This document shows, piece by piece, positions 1 to 8,512 of a stretch of DNA of 64,000 nt. A model generated the notes under the pieces. It did not search any database, was not told where the DNA came from, and worked only from the letters and a program-made list of their open reading frames with translations. Every line of letters begins with the position of its first letter. Positions within the stretch are counted from its first letter, which is position 1. A program made the translations under genes and the position numbers. The stretch is from a virus (lineage: Duplodnaviria; Caudoviricetes): positions 8,683 through 72,682 of IMG/VR virus record IMGVR_UViG_3300032272_000009. One strand, 5' to 3'.

Positions 1-164
1 AGTCTAGTTACAAGCTGGATCATCTCAAACAAGTTTTTGTCATCTATGCGCACAAATATTTCCATGACTTTACCGTCATCATCATGGTTTATTGTTGTGT
101 AGAATGTGTGCTCTTGTGTCTCACTCTTGTAAGTTGCACCTTTGCTAATTCTTTCAATACTCAT
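1..164 (-). CDS. Partial CDS running off the left edge; TSCPD-like (class II ribonucleotide-reductase-associated) small protein
   Basis: Read manually: MSIERISKGATYKSETQEHTFYTTINHDDDGKVMEIFVRIDD...; ATGA overlap with the upstream gene; the Y-x-T-I-N-x-D-x-D-G-x-x-x-E-I-F pattern resembles TSCPD domains. Confidence 0.45.
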   Translation of the reverse strand, partial: MSIERISKGATYKSETQEHTFYTTINHDDDGKVMEIFVRIDDKNLFEMIQLVTR

Positions 165-328
165 TGCTTTTTACTCTTTGCGAGATAAAATGACTTATAC
201 AGCATACATTGCTCTATATATTTTCTTCGTTTCACTCTATATTGTTTTACCAAAACAAAAATTATAGTAAGAATAACTGTAATTAATGCATAAAACAAAT
301 AAGGGACTATATCATAAAATTCTGGCAT
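161..328 (-). CDS. Small single-pass membrane protein (55 aa)
   Basis: Read manually: MPEFYDIVPYLFYALITVILTIIFVLVKQYRVKRRK...; GAGG SD; coupled to the next gene. Confidence 0.55.
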   Translation of the reverse strand: MPEFYDIVPYLFYALITVILTIIFVLVKQYRVKRRKYIEQCMLYKSFYLAKSKKQ

Positions 329-339
329 TTTATTACCTC

Positions 340-504
340 TTATTTTCTGTATTTCCTGTCTTGTCTCGATTGAAAGTATTTTCGTCTGTTTTCCATTGTA
401 GCCTCTTTTCTTTTAGCAATTATTTTCTTTGCGGCTATAACTGCATCTTCTCTCGAGAAGCCATCTTCCATATACTCTTCGATCAAATCTTTTGAACCAA
501 GCAT
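340..504 (-). CDS. Hypothetical basic protein (54 aa)
   Basis: Read manually: MLGSKDLIEEYMEDGFSREDAVIAAKK...; strong GGAGGTG SD; fills the gap in the leftward gene array. Confidence 0.6.
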   Translation of the reverse strand: MLGSKDLIEEYMEDGFSREDAVIAAKKIIAKRKEATMENRRKYFQSRQDRKYRK

Positions 505-506
505 AA

Positions 507-719
507 TCACCTCCGTATATTTTTTAATTCAAATCTTTCTGTTATAATCGGTATTACAATTTCGCCATTTGCGCCAGTTGACTGGTTTTCTTCAGTGAGT
601 ATTGTAATAGTTGGTCTATGGTTTACTTTGATATTCAAAGTCAGTTCAACGATATTGTCTGGAAGATCAATTATCTTTTTTAATTGTTCAAACAATTCTT
701 GAGACGTATATATACTCAC
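507..719 (-). CDS. Hypothetical protein
   Basis: 70-aa ORF, 4-nt overlap with the upstream ORF. Confidence 0.6.
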   Translation of the reverse strand: MSIYTSQELFEQLKKIIDLPDNIVELTLNIKVNHRPTITILTEENQSTGANGEIVIPIITERFELKNIRR

Positions 720-943
720 TTCTGATCTGCCTCATATTTTTCCATGAACCTCTCAATAACGGTCATGACATTTTTATCAAATTCTTCGGTAGCGGCTATT
801 GATCCTCCATTGTCTTTGTGGGCATTCAAGGCATTCAATACTATATTGTTTACTTTGATACCGGTATCAGAACTATGCTGTACTAGCCAGTCCTCAAGCT
901 CTTGTGGCAAGTACATACCACGTCTAACTGTGTTATCTGCCAT
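716..943 (-). CDS. Ribbon-helix-helix (Arc/CopG-like) DNA-binding protein
   Basis: N-terminal VRRGMYLPQELEDWL...SSDTG.KVNNIVLNAL strand-helix-helix pattern. Confidence 0.55.
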   Translation of the reverse strand: MADNTVRRGMYLPQELEDWLVQHSSDTGIKVNNIVLNALNAHKDNGGSIAATEEFDKNVMTVIERFMEKYEADQK

Positions 944-1128
944 TATATTAATCCTTTCTCATCTGCTAACCACTGCGTTATAAAAATAGATTCTGGGTTG
1001 TTTTCATCAATCCCACAATAATCTTGAATTTGCGATTTAGGAATCCATACAGGATCACCTGATGCATCAAGAACCTGTAAAGCCTTATCTGTAAATGCGG
1101 TAACTTCAACTTCTACTTCAATTGTCAT
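943..1128 (-). CDS. Hypothetical phage protein
   Basis: 61-aa ORF with AGGAG SD; beta-rich TDKAL...VWIPKSQI motif typical of small phage proteins. Confidence 0.65.
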   Translation of the reverse strand: MTIEVEVEVTAFTDKALQVLDASGDPVWIPKSQIQDYCGIDENNPESIFITQWLADEKGLI

Positions 1129-1146
1129 TTTTCTCTCCTAATAAAA

Positions 1147-1301
1147 TGGTTGGGCTGGCAGGATTCAAACCTGCACGAAGATTCTCACTATGGTCACGGG
1201 GAAGGGTTCCAGCCATTCATCATCTTCTAGCATCGCTTTAACAGAAATCAGGATGCTTACCCTATCATAGAAAGTTAGTGTCTATATTCCACCACAGCCC
1301 A
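1147..1301 (-). ncRNA. tRNA-like RNA (155 nt) with about 70 extra nt in the anticodon/variable region
   Basis: Acceptor stem TGGGCTG/CAGCCCA plus encoded ACCA; Leu/Ser-type D arm GTG-GAATATAGA-CAC; T arm GCAGG-TTTGAAT-CCTGC; the middle is far too long for a tRNA. Confidence 0.7.
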
Positions 1302-1308
1302 TAAACTT

Positions 1309-2415
1309 TTACTGTCTCCAGTTTACTGCGCTATCAATCAGTTGTTTCATTGATACTATTGCTTGTCGCCTCATATATTTCTTATTTGCTTTTAGAAAAT
1401 CTTTCAGTTCATCTGCCGGAGTTCTTGGTTTCGGCATTGAAACATGTACATATGAACTTGACTGTTTGATGATTCTCACATAATTTGATGGAACTACTGC
1501 GGCCTTCTTGCCAAGCTCAGTAAGTTCATTTGCTTCTTGTTGCGTCGAAACTGGTACAGAATCGCCAAATGATTTTGTGAACAACTCAGCACAAGAATCA
1601 GCTATATCAGAAACGCTATAGCTAGGAGTCGTATCACTAAGATAACTTACATCTGGTACGGCATTGGCAATGTCTAGTGCTATGCTCTCATTTCTGCCTT
1701 TTACCTGACCCCACATGTTACCAGTAATCCACTGTAAATCAAAGTCACTAACAGTCTGGCGGTCTCTTTCTATTTTCAAAAATTCAGGTTTGATGTTATA
1801 ACCATACTTTAGTTTCGTGTCAGTAACATACAATCCATTGACATACAGTTTACCGGGTTCATCTAGTAATATTTGACCTTTTGAGACGTCTATAGTCTCA
1901 CCAGCTTCTCGCATTTGCAAACAGTTATTAACAACCAATTCAAGTTCTTCTTTCGTCATGTTGCGAATAACGAAACTAAGGTCTTCAGAATCTTTGTGAG
2001 ACTGCATATAATATTCGTCAATGTGCAATACTTGATCACCAAATGTCTCACTATATTTATATACAGGAATCCACGTTACATTGCCATTATAGACTATGAT
2101 TTCTCTGTCTTCTCTAGCAAGCACCGCCATAGCAAGCTTGAAACCCTCTCCAAACTTCCCTATTGACCCAACTTCATCACGCTTAGTGCTATTCCCAAGG
2201 ATAAGATCAGATGGTGACAACTTGACACCTTCGCTGGTTATAATCAAAGAGCTATCAAGAATATCGAAACTGAACTTTCCTACTCCATCAATTGCGTTCT
2301 GTATCAATTCACGAATTGCTTCTTGAATGCCCCAATGATTAACGTAACCTTTTGATATTGGTAACACAAAAGATTCAAATGGTTCTGCACATGTTACCTC
2401 TTTTAGAGCGCTCAT
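1309..2415 (-). CDS. GHKL (HATPase_c/Hsp90-like) ATPase
   Basis: AIRELIQNAID (N box), LILGNSTK, IGKFGEGFKLA (G2 box); start chosen at MSALKE behind a GAGGA SD. Confidence 0.8.
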   Translation of the reverse strand: MSALKEVTCAEPFESFVLPISKGYVNHWGIQEAIRELIQNAIDGVGKFSFDILDSSLIITSEGVKLSPSDLILGNSTKRDEVGSIGKFGEGFKLAMAVLAREDREIIVYNGNVTWIPVYKYSETFGDQVLHIDEYYMQSHKDSEDLSFVIRNMTKEELELVVNNCLQMREAGETIDVSKGQILLDEPGKLYVNGLYVTDTKLKYGYNIKPEFLKIERDRQTVSDFDLQWITGNMWGQVKGRNESIALDIANAVPDVSYLSDTTPSYSVSDIADSCAELFTKSFGDSVPVSTQQEANELTELGKKAAVVPSNYVRIIKQSSSYVHVSMPKPRTPADELKDFLKANKKYMRRQAIVSMKQLIDSAVNWRQ

Positions 2416-2561
2416 TGCTATTTGTCCTCGTTTCAATTTATTGCTTATGAAGCTAATAATAGCATTATAAAACATCTTTTGTCAACATATCATTTTACTC
2501 CTTATATATAGGGCTGTATCAGGCACAGATATTTGATGTTATGGTTGCGTGTTTTTGGTTG

Positions 2562-2589
2562 TTGCATCGGGTCATCTATCCTGTATAAT
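2562..2589 (+). promoter_or_regulatory. sigma70-type promoter, 16-bp spacer
   Basis: TTGCAT-N16-TATAAT at the divergence point upstream of the rightward block. Confidence 0.6.
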
Positions 2590-2637
2590 CAACACCATGA
2601 TTTAAGAAAAACTTTCTATAATCCAAGAGGCAAAAAA

Positions 2638-2922
2638 ATGAGAATCAATTATAAAGGCCATGCAATAGATACAAAAGTTGTAACCGGCCAACTGACAAAA
2701 GCAAGCATAAAAAGTTTAGATGTGTTCTTCTCATATGATGAACCTATTGCTATTTGTTATCCTCAAAAAGCTATAATTAATGCTGAACCTGCATGTTCGT
2801 CAACAACTTCTCGACATATAAACCATGTTAAGAAACTATACACTGAAAGAGAAGAGTTTCTGTATATCGATTTTCACATCAAGATGGAACAACTACTGAA
2901 TGGTGAATGGGGCGAATCATGA
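2638..2922 (+). CDS. Hypothetical phage early protein
   Basis: Start at MRINYKG behind GAGG; FSYDEPIA...SSTTSRHIN motif seen in small phage proteins. Confidence 0.65.
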   Translation: MRINYKGHAIDTKVVTGQLTKASIKSLDVFFSYDEPIAICYPQKAIINAEPACSSTTSRHINHVKKLYTEREEFLYIDFHIKMEQLLNGEWGES

Positions 2923-3428
2923 TATACAAAATAGGCCAAAATGTAGTATTCGAAGATATGGTTAAGGGTTCATTCAGAATATCAGAAATTATATGTACAG
3001 TATGTGAACCAGAAGATCCGCAGGATGATGAATATGATTTGTGGATATATAACCCTAATCGCGGAGAGAAACATGGCGTCATAAAACACAATATAAGAGT
3101 TGTGACAATTGCTGATTATGAAAAGGCTTCCCGACTAAAACAATCAATTGGTCGCAGTATTAGACCATTGCAAAAAAATACTGATGTTGAAATAATAGGT
3201 TTTACCGATCTTGCAAGATTTTCAGAAAAAGAAACTTATCGCAATGCATCAGAAAAATGTGTTGATGATAGCCTAGATAAAATAGACGCAGCTTTGTTTT
3301 CTGGAGATGTGTTTATGGATAGAAAGAATATTAAAATTATTGAAGAGTACATTGAACGTTGGAGCAGAGAGATAAGTTCTAATAAAATGCTATTAGATCA
3401 AATTGATGATGAAGAAAACAAATCTTAA
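2919..3428 (+). CDS. Hypothetical protein
   Basis: ATGA overlap with the previous gene; about 169 aa. Confidence 0.65.
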   Translation: MIYKIGQNVVFEDMVKGSFRISEIICTVCEPEDPQDDEYDLWIYNPNRGEKHGVIKHNIRVVTIADYEKASRLKQSIGRSIRPLQKNTDVEIIGFTDLARFSEKETYRNASEKCVDDSLDKIDAALFSGDVFMDRKNIKIIEEYIERWSREISSNKMLLDQIDDEENKS

Positions 3429-3442
3429 CGAAGGGGTACAAA

Positions 3443-5437
3443 ATGTCAGAATTTAAAGATTTTAGAAACGCTGTAAGCAATAAGATTGATGCCTTGGAAG
3501 CATCTGGGTTGCTATACACCGATACAGATAAAGATGAACTGTGGGAAGCGTACTTGGAGAGTTTCAAAGAAGGAACAAATCCCATATACAAAGAGCGAAC
3601 TGAACATGACTGCCAGTGTTGCAAACAATTCATTCGTGCATGTGGATCAGTTGTTGCAATCGTTGATGGTGAGCTTGTCTCTGTCTGGGATATTGAAGTT
3701 GGCGGTATCTATCAGGTCGTTGCTGATGCGCTGTCAGCACTTGTAAAATCAAATCATATCAATAACAAGTACCTGCATTACGAAGCACAGATCGGTGTTG
3801 AGCGCAATCATCAAGTTGTAAAAGGCGGAAATGTAAAGGCTTGGGATCACTTCAGTCACGTTCTTGGTCAAGCTTATGTAGTCAAAGATGGAACAATTGA
3901 TTCCAAATTAGGATCTCACAAAACCTCTATTCAGACTTTTAATAGGGCATTAGAATCAATCACGCCTGTGTCTGTTGATATTGTTCTTGATCTTATGGAT
4001 CAAAACTCTCTATATCGTGGTGAGGAACACAAGGCATCAGTTGAGAGATTTAAAGCTCACCAAGATAAATATAAAGCTCTTGACGACAAACAGAAGGGGT
4101 TTTATTTATGGTCAAACACAGATATGGGTGTTGCCGGAATTCGCAACTCTGTTATTGGCTCACTACTGGTTGACCTGTCAGAAGGGAAAGAAATTGATCA
4201 AGCTGTGAATAGTTTTGAAGACAAGGTATCGGCTGGAAAATACAAACGCACAATGGCTGTTGCGACTAAAGGTATGATTGACAAGGCAGAAGCAAAATTT
4301 AACAAGCTTGGTTTGCATGATTCTATTGATCGCAGATATGCTTATATGGATGATTTGACAATCAATAACGTAATCTTTGCCAACAGAGCAACAAAAAAAT
4401 CATTTAACGTATTTGACGAAATGAAAAACGAAGTGTCAGTTGATGTGTCGAAATTTGATAAAGTAGAAGAGATTGGTATCGATGTATTTATTCGAGATGT
4501 GCTTCCAAAAGCAGATGCAATTGAAATGATGTTTGCAAACAATCATATAAATAACTTGGTAAGCCTGATTGCACCAGAAGTTGCAAGTGCGCCTAACATT
4601 TTAAAATGGGATAATAATTTCTCGTGGTCTTACAATGGTGAAGTTGCAGACTCTATCAAAGAGCGAGTAAAGAATGCTGGTGGCAATGTTGATGCATATA
4701 TGCGTGTTTCATTATCTTGGTATAACACTGATGATTTAGATATTCATGTTATCGAGCCTAATGGTAATGAGATATTTTATGGTAGCAAAATATCTCATGA
4801 CACTGGTGGCAGATTAGATGTTGATATGAACGTTAACAGCTTAAGGCGAGATGCAGTGGAAAACATCATGTGGGCGAATGAAAACAGAATGATTGAAGGT
4901 GAATACAAAGTTTTCATTCGCAATTATACACCTCGTGAAACTGTTGATGTTGGTTTTGAAATTGAAACAGAATGGAATGGCAAGATCAAAAACTTTGCTC
5001 ATCCTAAGAGAGTTACCAAGGATGTATCTGTATTGACGTTCACTTACTCAAAGGCTGGTGGCGTCAGTATCAGAAGCGAAATGAAAGAATCAAATATCGT
5101 TAAAGAGGCATGGGGGATCAATACTCAAGGTTTCCATAACGTCTCAATGGTAATGAATTCACCTAATCATTGGGATGGCGAATCAACGGGAAACAAACAC
5201 TGGTTCTTTATGCTTGATAAATGTAACAATGAGAAACCATCAAGAGGGTTTTATAATGAATTCTTGAGAAATGAGTTTAATGAACACCGTAAAGTGTTTG
5301 AATTATTAGGCTCGAAAATGAAAACAAAGGTTTCTGATAATCAACTTAGTGGACTGGGTTTTTCTTCAACAAAGAGAGATTCGGTTCTTTGTAGGGTGAG
5401 TGGTAGTTTTAACCGTGTAGTAAAAATCAACTTTTAA
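3443..5437 (+). CDS. Large uncharacterised phage protein with a YfaP/DUF2135-like domain
   Basis: 664 aa; HDCQCCKQF Cys cluster; RVSLSWYNTDDLDIHVIEPNG...GRLDVDMN...AVENI matches the YfaP-like pattern. Confidence 0.7.
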   Translation: MSEFKDFRNAVSNKIDALEASGLLYTDTDKDELWEAYLESFKEGTNPIYKERTEHDCQCCKQFIRACGSVVAIVDGELVSVWDIEVGGIYQVVADALSALVKSNHINNKYLHYEAQIGVERNHQVVKGGNVKAWDHFSHVLGQAYVVKDGTIDSKLGSHKTSIQTFNRALESITPVSVDIVLDLMDQNSLYRGEEHKASVERFKAHQDKYKALDDKQKGFYLWSNTDMGVAGIRNSVIGSLLVDLSEGKEIDQAVNSFEDKVSAGKYKRTMAVATKGMIDKAEAKFNKLGLHDSIDRRYAYMDDLTINNVIFANRATKKSFNVFDEMKNEVSVDVSKFDKVEEIGIDVFIRDVLPKADAIEMMFANNHINNLVSLIAPEVASAPNILKWDNNFSWSYNGEVADSIKERVKNAGGNVDAYMRVSLSWYNTDDLDIHVIEPNGNEIFYGSKISHDTGGRLDVDMNVNSLRRDAVENIMWANENRMIEGEYKVFIRNYTPRETVDVGFEIETEWNGKIKNFAHPKRVTKDVSVLTFTYSKAGGVSIRSEMKESNIVKEAWGINTQGFHNVSMVMNSPNHWDGESTGNKHWFFMLDKCNNEKPSRGFYNEFLRNEFNEHRKVFELLGSKMKTKVSDNQLSGLGFSSTKRDSVLCRVSGSFNRVVKINF

Positions 5438-5463
5438 TCAATAAATAATAGAGGATACAAAAA

Positions 5464-5850
5464 ATGCATAATTTTGAAAAAGCAAGCAAAGAGCAACTTC
5501 GTTTTATGGCGCCAGGTGGGGTCTTGTCGATGGAAGACTTGTGGCATATTAAAATTGATAGCCTTGATACTTTGACAGTTGGTTACAGCAACCAGTTGGA
5601 AAACAGCGAGAGAAAAAGTTTTATCAAGAGCAAGCCTGTAGGTGAAAACAAAAATTTGCAGTTGCGGTTTGATGTTGCTAAAAGAATCTTGGATATCCGG
5701 ATTGAAGAATCTGAGAAAGCTGAGAAAGCAAAAGCTCGCAAAGCTAACAATGCCAAAATCATGGAGCTTATTGCGGATAAGGAAAGTGATAAGCTGAAAG
5801 ACAGCAGCTTGGATGAATTGCGTGCAATGCTGAAAGATGAAGATGACTAG
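5464..5850 (+). CDS. Conserved helical phage protein, probable partner of 3443-5437
   Basis: 128 aa; LRF...GVLSMEDLW motif and charged coiled-coil C-terminus. Confidence 0.7.
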   Translation: MHNFEKASKEQLRFMAPGGVLSMEDLWHIKIDSLDTLTVGYSNQLENSERKSFIKSKPVGENKNLQLRFDVAKRILDIRIEESEKAEKAKARKANNAKIMELIADKESDKLKDSSLDELRAMLKDEDD

Positions 5851-5890
5851 GTAAACCGGTAGCATTAGCCTAGGCCGTAAAAATAACACT

Positions 5891-5918
5891 TTTATCGGTC
5901 TAGGCTGTATGTTATAAT
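5891..5918 (+). promoter_or_regulatory. sigma70-type promoter (extended -10), 16-bp spacer
   Basis: TTTATC-N16-TATAAT with TGnTATAAT. Confidence 0.55.
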
Positions 5919-5958
5919 AAAATCTAACAAACAGCAGATAAACCAACAAGGAAAACAA

Positions 5959-6315
5959 ATGAGCAATAAAATTGACATAATCGTGATTGATCCACTTTTG
6001 AAAATTATATCGACAAAAACAATTGAGGATACACTAAGTGATCTTCAAGAGTCAATTGGTGGTCATGGCATTGAGATTGTCTATATTGACGGTGGTGAGA
6101 TTATGTATGTTGATGAAGAAGGCTTGTATCGTGACAATCAATCATTCTTTGTCTATACATCAGATGATGGTGTCAAAACCCCTTTCGCTGGTAAAGCAAT
6201 TGTCCTTGGAACAAATGGCGCTGGTGAGTCTGCAAGCACAAAATTTAGTGTTCTGGATATTTCGAAAAAGATAGAGTTTCTTTCTGTCTCAGAAATTGCG
6301 GCAATGAGGCTTTAA
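5959..6315 (+). CDS. DUF3846-like protein
   Basis: TLSDLQESIGG..IEIV.....MYVDEEG pattern. Confidence 0.7.
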   Translation: MSNKIDIIVIDPLLKIISTKTIEDTLSDLQESIGGHGIEIVYIDGGEIMYVDEEGLYRDNQSFFVYTSDDGVKTPFAGKAIVLGTNGAGESASTKFSVLDISKKIEFLSVSEIAAMRL

Positions 6316-6526
6316 TCATGAGTCGTGAAGCTTTCAAAAATCCTAGCAGAACTTATGCAACTTACACCAATGCCAAAAAGGCAATTGATCGTCTAATAGA
6401 TGGTGATTATAAGTGGTCTATTTGTTGCACACATAGAATACTGTCATGCCACAACAACTGGTAGCCTGAATCACTTTTACTTTATAGATCAAGGCTGTTG
6501 CGTAACAGTATCATAATAGGCATACA

Positions 6527-6763
6527 ATGAATAGCAAACTGTCAAGTTTTATTGAAGGGCATAACTGTGAGCGTTGTGGTTCTTATTTTAAGTTCAAGCA
6601 AGGTCAAGGCCCGTCAGCAACAACAAAATGTCCAGCGTGCGTTGAATTATGTGAGATTGATACAGAGCAAAACTTTTTAGAAAGCCTTAAAGAAATGACT
6701 TTAGAAGAAAGAGTTGAGCGTCTCGAAAAACTTAGATATGAACAAAATGGAGAAGAATACTGA
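6527..6763 (+). CDS. Small zinc-ribbon protein
   Basis: CERC...CPAC. Confidence 0.6.
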   Translation: MNSKLSSFIEGHNCERCGSYFKFKQGQGPSATTKCPACVELCEIDTEQNFLESLKEMTLEERVERLEKLRYEQNGEEY

Positions 6764-7209
6764 TGAAACCGTTTGTTGAAGCCTACATTGATGTAGGAAC
6801 ACTTGAAGAGTTTACCGAAAAGAACAAAGCCATGTTTGGTGAGTTTTCAGATGAGGAAATATCTTTCCAGTACGAAAGATTGAAAGCTGATCTTATTTAC
6901 GTGAATGGAACTTATCAGGTAAACGCAGACACAAAAACATATTGTGCAAATCCTATTGGTGTTCCATTAATTCATCTTATGATTAAACGCATTGATGGTG
7001 ATCCAATATGCGATTGGAACATTATACAAGAAATCAAAAACATGATACTTGGTGAAGAAGCTGACTGCGCTGAGTTATACCCATCTGAGTCAAGAAACCT
7101 GAAAGTTGACAACAACCAGACTCATTTATGGTGCCTCGCTACTGGAAACACATTTCCATTCGGATGGGCTGGCGAACCAAGTTTAGAAAATACTGATAAC
7201 CAAGGATAA
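6763..7209 (+). CDS. Conserved hypothetical phage protein
   Basis: HLMIKRIDG.PI.DW..IQEIKN.ILGEE...ELYP motif; TGATG coupling. Confidence 0.7.
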   Translation: MKPFVEAYIDVGTLEEFTEKNKAMFGEFSDEEISFQYERLKADLIYVNGTYQVNADTKTYCANPIGVPLIHLMIKRIDGDPICDWNIIQEIKNMILGEEADCAELYPSESRNLKVDNNQTHLWCLATGNTFPFGWAGEPSLENTDNQG

Positions 7210-7213
7210 AGTA

Positions 7214-7528
7214 ATGAGTCCAAACAAAAACAATCTAGTTGATCATAAAACTGTAGTCGATTTTAAATCTATTGGTGATCTAAACCAAAATCTTCGTGCA
7301 CCAAATGAGTATAAACTTGTGACTGATGGGGAATCACTGTACCGAATTCATCCAAACTTTCCAATACCAAAAGGTCTAAAAGAAGTTTTTACTCATTTTG
7401 GTAAAAAAGTGTATCAAAGCAATGGTAAACTTCATTCGAAGTTTATGGCACTACAAAGAGTGCAACCTAGTTATAATGTAAACAAAGTGACAGTTGCGGT
7501 TCGAGAAGCATTGAGTGAAATAGATTAA
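7214..7528 (+). CDS. Hypothetical protein
   Basis: 104-aa ORF; TAATG coupling to def. Confidence 0.6.
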   Translation: MSPNKNNLVDHKTVVDFKSIGDLNQNLRAPNEYKLVTDGESLYRIHPNFPIPKGLKEVFTHFGKKVYQSNGKLHSKFMALQRVQPSYNVNKVTVAVREALSEID

Positions 7529-7968
7529 TGAGTATCAAGCAAATAGTTACTGATGTTGATAAATTGGCTATGGTGTCTCTTCCTGTTGATGACCACAGGG
7601 AAGCTTTAACCATCATTGATGATATAATGCACACTGCCCATGATTGCTCTCAGAAGCCTTTAGGTTGCCTCGGTTTAGCATGTAATCAGATAGGTATTTT
7701 AAAAAGAATCATAGTTGTAGATATTGCTGGTGAGTTTGTCCCGATGATAAACCCAGTGATAGATTATATCCATACTGCCGCAGGAAAAATGAATGGCAAA
7801 GAAAGTTGTTTGTCAAGGCCAAAAATAACTGTAAAGATAAAAAGATATAAAAAAATTACAGTTTCGTATACTGACATTTCAGGGGCAAGAATCACAACAA
7901 AATTCTCAAAGATGACAGCTAGAGTTATACAGCATGAAATAAACCATCTGGACGGAAAATACATATAG
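7528..7968 (+). CDS. def: Peptide deformylase (short form)
   Basis: Motif 1 GLACNQIG, motif 2 ESCLS, motif 3 QHEINHLDG. Confidence 0.9.
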   Translation: MSIKQIVTDVDKLAMVSLPVDDHREALTIIDDIMHTAHDCSQKPLGCLGLACNQIGILKRIIVVDIAGEFVPMINPVIDYIHTAAGKMNGKESCLSRPKITVKIKRYKKITVSYTDISGARITTKFSKMTARVIQHEINHLDGKYI

Positions 7969-8004
7969 CAGTGTCAGATTGCCACTATCAATAGAGAAGC
8001 CAAA

Positions 8005-8208
8005 ATGAAAATTGATGAAATAGTTGAACGCAAGAAAAAGCTTGAGGCAGATATAACCACTGAGATAAACAGATTATTGTTGCGTTTTCACATGGATACA
8101 AAATTGACCCCAAGTCGTATTTCTATATACTTGGAAGATGTAACCACTATAAATGATAGAATGAAATATTACATTGTTTCTAAAAGCGAAGCTGAAATTG
8201 TTTTATAA
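8005..8208 (+). CDS. Hypothetical protein
   Basis: 67-aa ORF in the co-oriented array. Confidence 0.55.
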   Translation: MKIDEIVERKKKLEADITTEINRLLLRFHMDTKLTPSRISIYLEDVTTINDRMKYYIVSKSEAEIVL

Positions 8209-8217
8209 TTTTTAATA

Positions 8218-8496
8218 TTGGGTAATGTTATGGAAAACTTTGAAGACGATGGAATTGAATTGGTTGTTGATGGGCATGATTATTATGTTACGAAAGAACA
8301 ACATAATGAATTCAAGATAGCAGATAGTAACCAAGAAGATTTCGCAGAGATAAAAGTATCAGAATGTGGTGAATACTACATACACGAATACTCTCCAGAA
8401 TATTCAAATTTTGATAATGATGGTGGTAGCACATATATCACAAATTTTGATAGCTTCGTTGACTTTTGTAGATGGGTTATCTCAGCTAATCAATAA
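8218..8496 (+). CDS. Hypothetical acidic protein
   Basis: 92-aa ORF (start may be the ATG at 8230). Confidence 0.55.
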   Translation: MGNVMENFEDDGIELVVDGHDYYVTKEQHNEFKIADSNQEDFAEIKVSECGEYYIHEYSPEYSNFDNDGGSTYITNFDSFVDFCRWVISANQ

Positions 8497-8512
8497 TTTT
8501 TGCAACAAGGGA

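Noticed and set aside
286-495. 69-aa plus-strand ORF and the many other antisense ORFs in the track (e.g. 5434-5958, 8839-9156, 45211-45621, 54414-54977)
   Set aside because: They are shadows of better-supported genes on the opposite strand that have SDs and stop/start coupling.
1165-1233. 22-codon ORF (MLEDDEWLEPFP...) inside the tRNA-like RNA as a tmRNA-style tag
   Set aside because: No SD, it runs through the T arm, it has no ALAA-like degron, and the RNA lacks G3-U70. Kept only as a curiosity.
1147-1301. Functional tRNA with a group I or archaeal BHB intron, or an amber suppressor (TT-CTA after the D arm)
   Set aside because: The insertion is too short for group I and I see no convincing bulge-helix-bulge. 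The stem needed to present CUA as an anticodon does not pair properly.
6318-6464. 48-aa ORF MSREAFKNPSRTYATY...
   Set aside because: Plausible but short, with a weak SD and a non-protein-like tail. Not enough support to list as a feature.
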